DNA from: Nitrospinales bacterium
Lineage (GTDB): Bacteria; Nitrospinota; Nitrospinia; Nitrospinales; VA-1
Length of the DNA: 64,000 nt
NCBI GenBank assembly: GCA_965262115.1
Contig: OZ253496.1
Coordinates: 2,560,001-2,624,000 of the forward strand
Direction: 5' to 3'
In this document: piece by piece, positions 51,970 to 61,389 of the stretch
Position numbering within the stretch: position 1 is the stretch's first letter
Layout of the letters: every line of letters begins with the position of its first letter
Made by a program: the position numbers and the translations under genes
The notes under the pieces: model-generated
What the model saw: only the letters and a program-made list of their open reading frames with translations
What the model was told of the DNA's origin: nothing
The model's database searches: none

Positions 51970-53337
51970 ATGCTACCAGAGCAACATGACATACTATTTT
52001 CGTTTATTGCTATCGCATTTGCCCTGTTCGGGATTTATGTTTTCGCAAATGTGATTCAAAATTGCAGGGAGAGAGAAGGAGTAAACATGACGAAGTGGGG
52101 CGGAATATTTGGTGCCTTTGCCATCGCGTGTTTTTCGATGACGGTCCACATGTTTGACCTTGTTCAAGCTGATCAGTTGGCGTTTTTCTTCTCAACGTAT
52201 CTTTGGCTTGTGGTTATTTTATTGATCACTTGGGGTGTATTCCTCAAGAGCAATAAAATGGAAGGTCAATCTCCTCCGATTATTAGAGGGTTTTTCTTCT
52301 GGACCACGGTTTCTCTTTTGCTGGCGGGCTACACCAACTGGTTGCCGCAACAGCGCAGTGACCCACCGCCTAGAGAAGCGGCGGTCGTGGGTGACCTGAC
52401 CATGGAAGAGTTTGCAGAAATGGGGCGAGTGATTATTTTTGGTGCCAAGCAGGTGGCCGGTCAGAAATCAATCGGTAAAGGTAAGTGTCCCCTGTGTCAT
52501 ACCTTTGATCCGGGTGACAATATGGGTCGATGTCCGAACCTGTTTGGGGTTGAGAAAATAAGTCATGACCGGGTGAAGGAGGACCGGTATGCGACCAGTC
52601 CTGTAGCCATTGGCGAAGTAGAGCCTGCTACGGGTATTGTGAAGGGTAAATGGGACGAAGTACCGGAAGAGTACAGAAGACAGCATGGTCCTGACGAATT
52701 TACCGGCGAAGATTATCTTCGCGAATCTGTCATGTGTCCGACCTGTTACGTGGTGAAAGACTTCGGTAATGATGGTGATACAAGAAGCCCGATGCCGGTT
52801 ATCGTCAAGCCGCCGATCAGTCTGAGTCGGACTGAAGTGAATGCGGTTGTGGCTTACCTGCAATCCAAGGACACGCCGGGCAAGTTTGCGACGGTGACTG
52901 TTCCGTTGCCGCAGGATGATGCGGGTAACACAGGTGGCGCGGTGGCTGAAGCTCCTGCTGAAGATGAGGACGCACCTATATTCGTCACCGGCAAGGAAGA
53001 TATTCAGGCCATGATCAATACTTTAGGTTGTCCGCTTTGCCACACCATCCCTGGCGTTGAGGGTGCTGTGGGTGAGTTGGGGCCGAAACTTCATGAGAAG
53101 ATCAACGCTCCGCAGCGCATCAAGGACCCCAACTACAAGGGTAAAGCGACCAATACCAGGGAGTATGTCAGGGAGTCTATTTTGGACCCTGGCGCCTATG
53201 TAGTCTTTAACGAAGCAGAGGGAGAGTTGTTCCCGGATGGTTTAATGCCTACAACCTTTTCAGAGCAGCTTTCAGTTACGGCTCTCGACAAGCTTGTGGA
53301 TTTTATTAGTCAGACCGAAGCTCCGGCTGGCAGTTAA
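51970..53337 (+). CDS. membrane-bound diheme cytochrome c
   Basis: 4 TM segments, two CPLCH motifs, plus CPTCY. Confidence 0.85.
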   Translation: MLPEQHDILFSFIAIAFALFGIYVFANVIQNCREREGVNMTKWGGIFGAFAIACFSMTVHMFDLVQADQLAFFFSTYLWLVVILLITWGVFLKSNKMEGQSPPIIRGFFFWTTVSLLLAGYTNWLPQQRSDPPPREAAVVGDLTMEEFAEMGRVIIFGAKQVAGQKSIGKGKCPLCHTFDPGDNMGRCPNLFGVEKISHDRVKEDRYATSPVAIGEVEPATGIVKGKWDEVPEEYRRQHGPDEFTGEDYLRESVMCPTCYVVKDFGNDGDTRSPMPVIVKPPISLSRTEVNAVVAYLQSKDTPGKFATVTVPLPQDDAGNTGGAVAEAPAEDEDAPIFVTGKEDIQAMINTLGCPLCHTIPGVEGAVGELGPKLHEKINAPQRIKDPNYKGKATNTREYVRESILDPGAYVVFNEAEGELFPDGLMPTTFSEQLSVTALDKLVDFISQTEAPAGS

Positions 53338-53349
53338 TAGGAGACAGCA

Positions 53350-54318
53350 ATGAACAAAGCATTAATCAGTTTTTTAGTTTTTGTTGTCGGCCTGGCGGTG
53401 TTTCATAACGCCATATTTCCTATCTTCACACCTAAGGAGGTCGGCTGGATTTTAAATAGGTACGTTTACTTTTTATTATTCGTAGCCTATTTGCTTGTTA
53501 CGCACTTTACCCTCAGACTCAAGCCGCCGATTGCCATGATGGCCTTGTTTGTGTGGGGTCTGGGTTTTTACTTTTATAAATGGGTTTTGTATCCGCCAAT
53601 TCCATGGACCTTGTTCATCACCTATATGGTGATGTGGTCGATCGGTACTTTCCTGTACGTCAGTCAGGATCCGGAAACTTTCCGGGATTTCAGGAGGCCA
53701 ATCGTTAAAACGATTGTGGGTGAATACAAATTTGCGCAGTGGGTCATGTTGGTGGGTATGCCGATTCTCGTAGGATTTGCAACCTATAATTCGATTTACC
53801 CGTCGTATCAGGAGCCAGTGGAATTGCGGACGGTTCACCCCGCACCTCCTGCCACCACGAAAGTGCATGGCAAGACCTATCCGCTGGAGTCTACCAATAA
53901 TCCTTTCCGCATTGATGAGCAGGATAACTATAAAGATAGTTTCCCGTTCCTGGATGCGGACAAGCAGGAGTACATGAAGTATGTGACGGAAGGCGGCACG
54001 ATCTTCTTCCAGAACTGCCATTATTGTCATGGTGACCAGTTGAACGGACTGGGCATGTTCTCGCATGTGTTTAACCCGACTCCGGCGAACTTCATCGACC
54101 CGGGCACCATCGCCATGCTGCAGGAATCATTCCTGTTCTGGCGAGTAGCAAAAGGCGGCCCCGGTCTGCCGAATGAGTCGACCCCGTGGTCTTCAGCAAT
54201 GCCTCCCTGGGAGGAGCATTTGAACACGGAAGAAATCTGGAAGGTTATCCTGTTTGAGTACTGGTACACAGGGTGGCATCCAAGAACTTTCGGCACAGAA
54301 GGTTCCACCGCTGAGTGA
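53350..54318 (+). CDS. membrane-bound monoheme cytochrome c
   Basis: ~5 TM segments; CHYCH; distal SAMP. Confidence 0.85.
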   Translation: MNKALISFLVFVVGLAVFHNAIFPIFTPKEVGWILNRYVYFLLFVAYLLVTHFTLRLKPPIAMMALFVWGLGFYFYKWVLYPPIPWTLFITYMVMWSIGTFLYVSQDPETFRDFRRPIVKTIVGEYKFAQWVMLVGMPILVGFATYNSIYPSYQEPVELRTVHPAPPATTKVHGKTYPLESTNNPFRIDEQDNYKDSFPFLDADKQEYMKYVTEGGTIFFQNCHYCHGDQLNGLGMFSHVFNPTPANFIDPGTIAMLQESFLFWRVAKGGPGLPNESTPWSSAMPPWEEHLNTEEIWKVILFEYWYTGWHPRTFGTEGSTAE

Positions 54319-56099
54319 GGGTGGAGAATAACCTAAGTATGAACTTTCGGTTACTAAAACCTAAACATATGGAAACGAACATGACTAACAATAATTACAT
54401 CAAACGCCTGATCTTTTCCTTTCTGGCTGTGGCGTTGATCGCGGTACCGGGAGTGGCGCTTGCCCAAACGGTACCGGATGCGGTCAAGAAGGATATGCTG
54501 GAAACGGGGAAAAAGGTCTATTTTAAAAGATGCGTCTGGTGCCACGGGGTTGAGGGGGGCGGAGATGGCCCTTCTGCAGACCGCCTGTTCACCCGGCCCA
54601 GAAACTTCATCCAGGGGACTTTCAAAATCCGCGTTACGGATTCCGGTGAGCTCCCTATGGAAGCGGATTTGATCACAACCGTTAAAAATGGACTCCAGGG
54701 TTCGGCAATGCCCGCCTGGGGTGAGTTTTTGTCGGAAAATGAGATCGTCTCCGTTGTACAGTTTGTTAAAACCCTGGTGCAGGATCGGGATTTTGATGAT
54801 GTGGAAGACGAAGAAGTCACTGTTCAGGATTTCGGCAAGAACCCGTGGGGAACAACGGGTCCCTATCACTTGGGTGTGCCCCAGGCTGATATCGACACGG
54901 GTAAAGAAATTTTCCTGAAGAATAAATGTTTTGAGTGTCACGGCGGCGAAGGCCGGGGTGATGGCAACCCGACGATGAAAGACGACTGGGGTTTCCCGAT
55001 CGTTGCGGCAGACTGGCAGCAATGCTGGAACTTCCGTGGATCTCGCCGGGATCCTTTCGATCCCTTCCATATTGTCCGCACGATTTCTACCGGATTGAAC
55101 GGTACTCCGATGCCGAACTTCAAGGACCAGATCACGGTTGAGGATCGCTGGAAGATTGCGGCGTTTGTTAACTCGCTTTGCCCGAGAAAGAAAATCGATC
55201 CGTTGACTAATAAGCCGATTCCAGACTTTCTCATTCAGTCTATTTATTCGGAAGGTCCAGTCTCTCCGAAGATTGATGACCAAAGTTGGCAGTCTCTGGA
55301 TACGGATGATCGGATTGTTGCTTTTCCTGAAGAGATCAAGGACAACCCGAAGAGGCATCATATTGCTATGGCGGGCCAGATCACACGGGGTAAACGAAAC
55401 TTCGATCCTAAAACCGACAATCTCTGGGTGACCACCCGTTGGAGTGCTGAAGAGCAGGCGGTTTACTATCTGGTTGAATACCACCTGCGGTTTTTGTCGC
55501 AAGACCCGGAGTACCCGGATTCAGTAGCCATTCAATGGCCGGCGAAACTTCAGGAACTGTTCGGTGCGGAGAAACCCTATTTCATCATGGGTGACTCCAA
55601 GAAACCGGTAGATATCTGGAAGGCCAACTTTCTGGCTAAAGACTACAGCGCGACCAATGCCCCGAAGCCTGAGGGTTATCAGTTGGACGTGAGTGTAGAA
55701 GAAATGGTAGGTTTTGGATTTGATGCTCTACAAGCCAAAGAATCTGAAGCTAAAGTCCAGGTTGTGGACTCCCTTTACCATCAGGGTCGTGTCAAGATTC
55801 TGTTCAGAAGGGACTTGAAAACGGATGGAGAATTTGATGTTCAGATTCCTACTGAAACTTTCATTCCTGTGGCTTTCATGCAATGGGCGGGACGGGATAA
55901 AGAGAAGGATGAGAATATGGCCATCTCTACCTGGTACTACACCATTCTGAAACCGGCATTGCCTGATTCTCTGTACTATATGCCTCCGATCATAGCAGCC
56001 ATTTTTGTCTGTTTCCAGGGTTGGATGATATGGATGACCAAACGTACACGTAAAATGTATGACGAAGGGAAGGTCAAGCGTGACGAGATTCCTAAGTAG
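54315..56099 (+). CDS. diheme cytochrome c fused to EbdC/NxrC-like domain with C-terminal TM (true start may be ~54381)
   Basis: CVWCH, CFECH; DSVAIQWP, PYFIMGD, VDIWK. Confidence 0.82.
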   Translation: MRVENNLSMNFRLLKPKHMETNMTNNNYIKRLIFSFLAVALIAVPGVALAQTVPDAVKKDMLETGKKVYFKRCVWCHGVEGGGDGPSADRLFTRPRNFIQGTFKIRVTDSGELPMEADLITTVKNGLQGSAMPAWGEFLSENEIVSVVQFVKTLVQDRDFDDVEDEEVTVQDFGKNPWGTTGPYHLGVPQADIDTGKEIFLKNKCFECHGGEGRGDGNPTMKDDWGFPIVAADWQQCWNFRGSRRDPFDPFHIVRTISTGLNGTPMPNFKDQITVEDRWKIAAFVNSLCPRKKIDPLTNKPIPDFLIQSIYSEGPVSPKIDDQSWQSLDTDDRIVAFPEEIKDNPKRHHIAMAGQITRGKRNFDPKTDNLWVTTRWSAEEQAVYYLVEYHLRFLSQDPEYPDSVAIQWPAKLQELFGAEKPYFIMGDSKKPVDIWKANFLAKDYSATNAPKPEGYQLDVSVEEMVGFGFDALQAKESEAKVQVVDSLYHQGRVKILFRRDLKTDGEFDVQIPTETFIPVAFMQWAGRDKEKDENMAISTWYYTILKPALPDSLYYMPPIIAAIFVCFQGWMIWMTKRTRKMYDEGKVKRDEIPK

Positions 56100-56118
56100 T
56101 CATCATTAGCTCTATAAG

Positions 56119-56151
56119 AAAGTCCGCCGATAAATCGGTGGGCTTTTTTTT
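56119..56151 (+). terminator. intrinsic terminator of the bd-like operon
   Basis: AAAGTCCGCCGAT-AA-ATCGGTGGGCTTTTTTTT. Confidence 0.8.
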
Positions 56152-56210
56152 ATGCTTTGAGTTTAGTTGGAAGCGGTGAGTGCTCCTGCTCGTGTCGCCC
56201 TGTATGCAAT

Positions 56211-56365
56211 GAGACCTTTGCATAACCCCGGATCCTTCGTCGCCTTCGGCTCCTCGAGGATGACAAAATATCTTGTTCCTCAGAATGATAAACTGGCCTT
56301 GCGCTGTCATTCTGAACGCAGTGAAGCATCTCGCTTTTCAGGTTTTTCGACTTATGAAAGGTCTC
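56211..56365. mobile_element. MITE copy 4
   Basis: GAGACCTTTGCATAA / TTATGAAAGGTCTC; 9-bp duplication GTATGCAAT. Confidence 0.88.
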
Positions 56366-56459
56366 GTATGCAATAAGGCGTAGCAAACCCAACGACTTCG
56401 CATTACAACACGAAAGCCGGTTTTGTTGAGCTTGATTTTCTGGGATAAAAGGAGAGGGA

Positions 56460-56702
56460 TTATTCTTCTTCAGTAACTTGTTCCAGATCCATATTTCCTT
56501 CAATAATTTCCCTGAGCGCCAGTTCAAAATAAGATTTTGGGGAAGCGTATTCTTCGGGGTCCACATCGATAGTGGGCTGGGCACCATTTTCCAGTTGATG
56601 GATTCTTTGTGTTACCAGAATGCATAACAGGTAGCGGCTTTTTACTACATCCTGCGCCTGGCGAACCAACTCCAGGGTGTCTTTCATTTCTAAGGCGATC
56701 AT
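56460..56702 (-). CDS. rpoZ: RNA polymerase omega subunit
   Basis: SRYLLCILVTQRIHQL..GAQP; LALREI. Confidence 0.8.
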   Translation of the reverse strand: MIALEMKDTLELVRQAQDVVKSRYLLCILVTQRIHQLENGAQPTIDVDPEEYASPKSYFELALREIIEGNMDLEQVTEEE

Positions 56703-56731
56703 AGTTTTCCTATAACGTTAAAGGTTGCTCT

Positions 56732-56760
56732 ATTCTAGGGCCAATTGTATTTTCTGTCAA
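56732..56760 (-). promoter_or_regulatory. sigma70-type promoter of rpoZ
   Basis: TTGACA-17-TAGAAT. Confidence 0.6.
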
Positions 56761-56927
56761 CTGCTAGCCGCAGGGGCAGATAGCAAAGGCTCTTAAGAGC
56801 ATTGTTTAGCTATAAAAGGTTATAGCAAGTCACCTGCGGAGGTTCTCCGCCTGCTAGCCGCAGGGGCAGATAGCAATATCTTTATCTGTGCACAAACGTT
56901 TTCTCGGCCTCACATGCTATTGCTTAT

Positions 56928-57063
56928 TAAGTCAAAAAAACGTAAAGGCGAGATTTTTCACTGCGTTCAGAATGACAAGAAATGCTGGTTGGTCATCCTC
57001 GAGGAGCCAACGGCGACGAAGGACCTCGCTTTTTTGGGTGCATGCCACTTGTGCAAAGCTTTC
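56928..57063. mobile_element. degenerate MITE, inverted relative to copy 4
   Basis: TTCACTGCGTTCAGAATGAC..GTCATCCTCGAGGAGCC..CGACGAAGGA match reverse complement of 56211-56365. Confidence 0.65.
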
Positions 57064-57089
57064 CATTACCACTGGGCGAGGCCAGGCGG

Positions 57090-58121
57090 CTATTGGGTTA
57101 GAATGGTTTTAATTGTTTGGGCTACGGTTTTGACCTGCTCCTGGGAAACTTCGCGATGCAGGACGGCGCGGAAAACTCCCGGATCGGTCATGAGAATTTT
57201 GATGGATTTTGCTTCCAGTCGGCTTAAAAATGTATCTCCATCGATTTGGGGATGATTCAGTCTGAAAAAAATTATATTTGTTTTTACCTTGGCTTGGTCC
57301 AGTTCGATGCCCTTGATTGCGGCAAGCTGTTCTGCCAGAAGCTTGGCGTTCTGGTGATCGTCCTTCAAGCGTTCCACCAGGTTTTCCAGGGCGACCAGTC
57401 CTGCGGCGGCCAGATGCCCGGACTGCCTCATTCCACCCCCCACCATTTTTCTCATTTTTCTGGCGCGGTGGATAAATTCCCGGTTGCCGGAGACCAGAGA
57501 ACCGACCGGGGCTGAGAGTCCTTTGGACAGGCAAAACATGACCGAGTCTGCTTGCCGGGTAAGAGTTCCCACCTCAACATCCAGGGCTACAGCGGCGTTA
57601 AACAGCCTTGCTCCATCAAGGTGAATTTTAAGCCCGTATTTTGCCGCCAGAACTGCCACACTGTCCATGTATTCGGGGTTTAGCGGTGTTCCATGACAGA
57701 AATTATGGGTGTTCTCAAGGCAGATCAGCCGGGTAGGGGGGTAATGGATATCTGTCTGCCGTATAGATTGTTCTATTAATGGCAAGGGCAGGGTGCCATC
57801 CTCATTATTGCGGAGGATTCTTGGGTGGACTCCGCCCAAGGCGGCCATGCCCCCGACTTCGTGCACGAAAATATGGCTTCGGTCGCCCAGCAACACTTCA
57901 TCCCCGCGCTGGCAGTGGCTGAGCACACTGATGAGGTTTCCCATGGTGCCACTGGGCACAAAGAGAGCCGACTCCTTGCCGATTTTTTTCGCGGCCAGGG
58001 TCTCCAGTTTTTTAAGGGTCGGATCTTCCTCAAAAACATCATCTCCGACTTCGGCATTGGCCATCGCCTCGCGCATGGCCGGGGTGGGCTGGGTCAATGT
58101 GTCGCTTCTCAAGTCAATCAT
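57090..58121 (-). CDS. ltaE: low-specificity L-threonine aldolase
   Basis: MIDLRSDT, SGTMGN, HLDGAR, CLSKGL. Confidence 0.95.
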   Translation of the reverse strand: MIDLRSDTLTQPTPAMREAMANAEVGDDVFEEDPTLKKLETLAAKKIGKESALFVPSGTMGNLISVLSHCQRGDEVLLGDRSHIFVHEVGGMAALGGVHPRILRNNEDGTLPLPLIEQSIRQTDIHYPPTRLICLENTHNFCHGTPLNPEYMDSVAVLAAKYGLKIHLDGARLFNAAVALDVEVGTLTRQADSVMFCLSKGLSAPVGSLVSGNREFIHRARKMRKMVGGGMRQSGHLAAAGLVALENLVERLKDDHQNAKLLAEQLAAIKGIELDQAKVKTNIIFFRLNHPQIDGDTFLSRLEAKSIKILMTDPGVFRAVLHREVSQEQVKTVAQTIKTILTQ

Positions 58122-58223
58122 GGTTTTCCTTACTAGTTCTTCCCGGGCGTGGGCGGAGAACCTCCGCTGTGGTACATTGCCATATATTCATCTTGTGCTC
58201 AATGGGCATCTCTGCTCCATAAG

Positions 58224-58556
58224 CTAGTGCTCACTGGTCCCACGCCGAGTGGCTTTTTCTATTCGATTGCGTTTAACCCGGTAATAGGCCAGCGAAATGA
58301 AAAAGACCGGAACGACGAATCCGCTCAACAAGAGACCGGTTATTTTATCTGCCGGGTAGTCCAAGGCCAACAGTCCCTGGTACATCAGTTGCACCAGGTA
58401 GGCCAGCAGGCCACAGGTGATGAATAAATAACCGATTCGCCTGGAACCTTTAGGTCCCGGAAAAACGAAGGAGTAGGCAATAAAGTTCAAGCCCAGGAAA
58501 AGGAGTCCGTTTAAAAACATCAGGTAAATGATCTGGTTCTGGGCTTGTGTCAACAC
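58224..58556 (-). CDS. 3-TM hypothetical membrane protein
   Basis: Three hydrophobic segments; GTG start. Confidence 0.7.
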   Translation of the reverse strand: MLTQAQNQIIYLMFLNGLLFLGLNFIAYSFVFPGPKGSRRIGYLFITCGLLAYLVQLMYQGLLALDYPADKITGLLLSGFVVPVFFISLAYYRVKRNRIEKATRRGTSEH

Positions 58557-58765
58557 GGGTTTTTAAATTCAAAATAGTTCCAAAGGGGTTTCTAATAATT
58601 GGAACCGCTATAGCTTGCCATTCGCCACCTCTTTTAAGTCAAGAGTAGGCTCATGCAAACATTATTTCTCAGTGGCACACTCAAATGGCACACTCAATAT
58701 TTTATAAGGTAAGCCGGGAGATGGAAACTTTTAATTTCACGTTCCAGGGGCGAAGCCGAATAAAG

Positions 58766-58805
58766 AAAAAGCCCGGTGCGGACTGGTGTCCTGCAACCGG
58801 GCTTG
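58766..58805 (-). terminator. intrinsic terminator after porin gene
   Basis: AAGCCCGGT...ACCGGGCTT hairpin with T-run on minus strand. Confidence 0.7.
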
Positions 58806-58821
58806 ATAGCTCCAGGAAAAA

Positions 58822-59577
58822 TTAAAAACTTCGTGAAATTCCAAAGACAACTTCGCCGTCACAACCTTTTGCGCATTTAGCGACTGTCAGGTCCGTATCA
58901 ATATAAGTCAAGCTGAGATCGAAGCCGTGCGTGGCATAAGTCGCGCCGATGCTCCAGTCTAAAGTATCCGGTCTCTCTGCCCCGGCATTATCCGTGATCC
59001 ACTGGTATCCGAAATGGCCTGTCATGGCAAGGCGGCTGACCAGCGGCACTTCCGCGTCATAGCTCACATAGGTTGCATTCCCGAATCCTCCTGTGAACTC
59101 TGGGGTGTAGTAAATAGTAGCGCCCATTGAGATCAAAGGAAACTCGGTAGACATGCCAAACATATATTCAAAGTAGTCCAATCTTAAACTTTCAAGGGCG
59201 CCGGGATAAGTGAAGTAAATTCCGCCGATATCAAAGGTGACCCCCCAGTATTCTCTGGCTACTCCAGCATAAATATCGACTTCGGATTGAGCCGAATCGC
59301 CAAAGTCGACATTGGAAGCCCAGGCGCCTAAATAAAATCCCATTTCATGGCTCCAGTCTAAACTTCCATGTAGAGCAAGGTCTTCATCATTTTGAGAGAC
59401 TCCACGAAATCTGTAGTCTGTGAAGAATCCGAAGGAACCTGAAAAGCTGCCTGGAAGATTTATGAGTTCGGGCTCTTCTGCGGCCTGGGCGACTCGATTG
59501 TGATCCACAACGATTAAGCTAGCAACAAGAAGCATTGCCAAAGCGGTTTTAGAAATGAAAGAGTTCAACTTGCTCAT
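58822..59577 (-). CDS. TorF/TIGR02001-family outer-membrane porin
   Basis: TDYRFRGVSQ, GFYLGAWASNV, EVDIYAG, terminal Phe. Confidence 0.88.
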   Translation of the reverse strand: MSKLNSFISKTALAMLLVASLIVVDHNRVAQAAEEPELINLPGSFSGSFGFFTDYRFRGVSQNDEDLALHGSLDWSHEMGFYLGAWASNVDFGDSAQSEVDIYAGVAREYWGVTFDIGGIYFTYPGALESLRLDYFEYMFGMSTEFPLISMGATIYYTPEFTGGFGNATYVSYDAEVPLVSRLAMTGHFGYQWITDNAGAERPDTLDWSIGATYATHGFDLSLTYIDTDLTVAKCAKGCDGEVVFGISRSF

Positions 59578-59771
59578 ATTAAAAATCCTTTCTAAATATT
59601 AAGTATGACAAAAATACTTAAAAACTTTCAGTACAAGTTTAATGGGTCAATTAAGCTGGAATGGGTCTGAAAACAATCGTTTATAAGTCATAAAACGTCA
59701 ACTGCATACAAGGTTATCACGTCTGCCTTGGTATGACAATTTATAAATAAAGGCCTTATCAAACCTATGAT

Positions 59772-61058
59772 TTATACCAGATTGTATCCGGTTTCTCCAT
59801 GCTGGGTGGTATCCAAACCCATTTCCTCATCTTCATCGTTAACCCTGAAGCCGATCGTTTTATCAATAATTATAACCAGAACATAGGTGACGACGAACGA
59901 GTACAATCCGGCGGCAAAGATGCCTATCAACTGAACCCAGACTTGATTGAAGTTGCCAGCCAGCAGACCTGTTCCACCTACGGTGACGAATAGTCCAGTA
60001 GCGAGAGCGCCCCAGGCACCCCCCACGGCATGGATTCCAAAAACATCAAGCGAATCATCGTACCCGACTTTGAGCTTCACCACAACGGCGAAGAAGCAGA
60101 TCAGTCCGGCGAGAAAACCGATCACCATTGCCCAAAGAGGTTCGACAAACCCTGCGGCGGGGGTGATGGCGACCAGTCCGGCTACGATTCCGGAAGCTGC
60201 TCCGAGAGCGCTGGCTTTTCCCCCTTTGATGAACTCGGCGAGAAGCCAGCCGAGGAGTCCGGCTCCCGTTGCGATTTGGGTGTTAGTGAATGCCAGTACG
60301 GCTATTTCGTCTATCGCCAGCGCACTGCCGGCATTAAACCCGAACCATCCGAACCATAAAAGTCCTGCCCCCAGAAGAGTGAGAGGCAGGCTGTGGGGTA
60401 TCATGAGTTTTCCCGGGAAGCCTCGGCGCTTTTTAAGAACTAAGGCGGCGGCCAGAGCGGCGGTGCCTGAAGCGATATGAACTACTGTGCCACCCGCAAA
60501 ATCCAGAGCTCCGAGGTCGCCCAACCACCCGCCACCCCAGACCCAATGGCAAATAGGATCGTAAACCACGGTGGACCAAATGAAAATGAAGGCGACATAA
60601 GCCTTAAAGTCCACCCGCTCGGCCATTCCTCCGCTGATGAGTGCGGCGGTGATGATGGCGAACATTAGCTGAAACATGCTGAATAGATATTCCGGGATGG
60701 TGCCGGAAAGGTCCTTATAATCAATGCCTATAAAGAGAGCTTTGCTCAGGTCTCCGACAAAATGTCCGATATCGTTACCAAAGGCTAAAGAATAGCCAAA
60801 CAGCACCCATTGGATCGTGATGACTCCGAGTGGTACAAAACTGTGCATCAATGTACTGAGAACATTCTTGCGCCGCACCATGCCACCATAAAATAGTGCC
60901 AGGCCAGGAAGCATGAGCATCACCAACGCCGAAGAAATCAGTATCCAGGCGGTGTCCGGGTAGCTGATTTGAGGGGTCTCCTCAGCTGACGCGATCACAG
61001 GAAAGAGCATGAATAAAAAAGTCAGGAAGACTTTGTTCGCTTGAATTCTGATTTTCAT
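59772..61058 (-). CDS. amtB: ammonium transporter
   Basis: FQLMFA, DFAGGTVVH, WFGWFGFNAGS, DDSLDVFGIH. Confidence 0.96.
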   Translation of the reverse strand: MKIRIQANKVFLTFLFMLFPVIASAEETPQISYPDTAWILISSALVMLMLPGLALFYGGMVRRKNVLSTLMHSFVPLGVITIQWVLFGYSLAFGNDIGHFVGDLSKALFIGIDYKDLSGTIPEYLFSMFQLMFAIITAALISGGMAERVDFKAYVAFIFIWSTVVYDPICHWVWGGGWLGDLGALDFAGGTVVHIASGTAALAAALVLKKRRGFPGKLMIPHSLPLTLLGAGLLWFGWFGFNAGSALAIDEIAVLAFTNTQIATGAGLLGWLLAEFIKGGKASALGAASGIVAGLVAITPAAGFVEPLWAMVIGFLAGLICFFAVVVKLKVGYDDSLDVFGIHAVGGAWGALATGLFVTVGGTGLLAGNFNQVWVQLIGIFAAGLYSFVVTYVLVIIIDKTIGFRVNDEDEEMGLDTTQHGETGYNLV

Positions 61059-61389
61059 AAAACCCGATCTCCTAAATAAAGTAAAATAGGGGTGGTAGTT
61101 AAATAGTTTTCTAATAAGGAGGGTTTTCAATTTTTGTACCAATTGGAAAAACAGCCTTTATAAAGCTGGAGAAAGCTAGTTAATCACTTTAAATACAATT
61201 GTTTATATTTATATTTTAGAGCCAGTGGGGTAAAATAAAAGGGTGGGTTGATAGAAGCTAATTGTTTGCTTAGCAAGCACGGGCTTCCAACAATTGCTAT
61301 AAAATGTATCAAATTTTTTAGTGTTGGTTTTGAAGCTTGCGATCGATTCCTCTTGGGAATACGTCAAAAATATGACCGGATAGGAAGAA

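Noticed and set aside
56092..56587. ORFs spanning MITEs (also 19248-19577, 31112-31357, 28936-29256, 56888-57112)
   Set aside because: Translations of repeat sequence, not credible proteins.
58673..58698. TGGCACACTCAA direct repeat as sigma54 promoter
   Set aside because: No correctly spaced TTGC and it points away from the adjacent gene; could be chance or an unknown operator.
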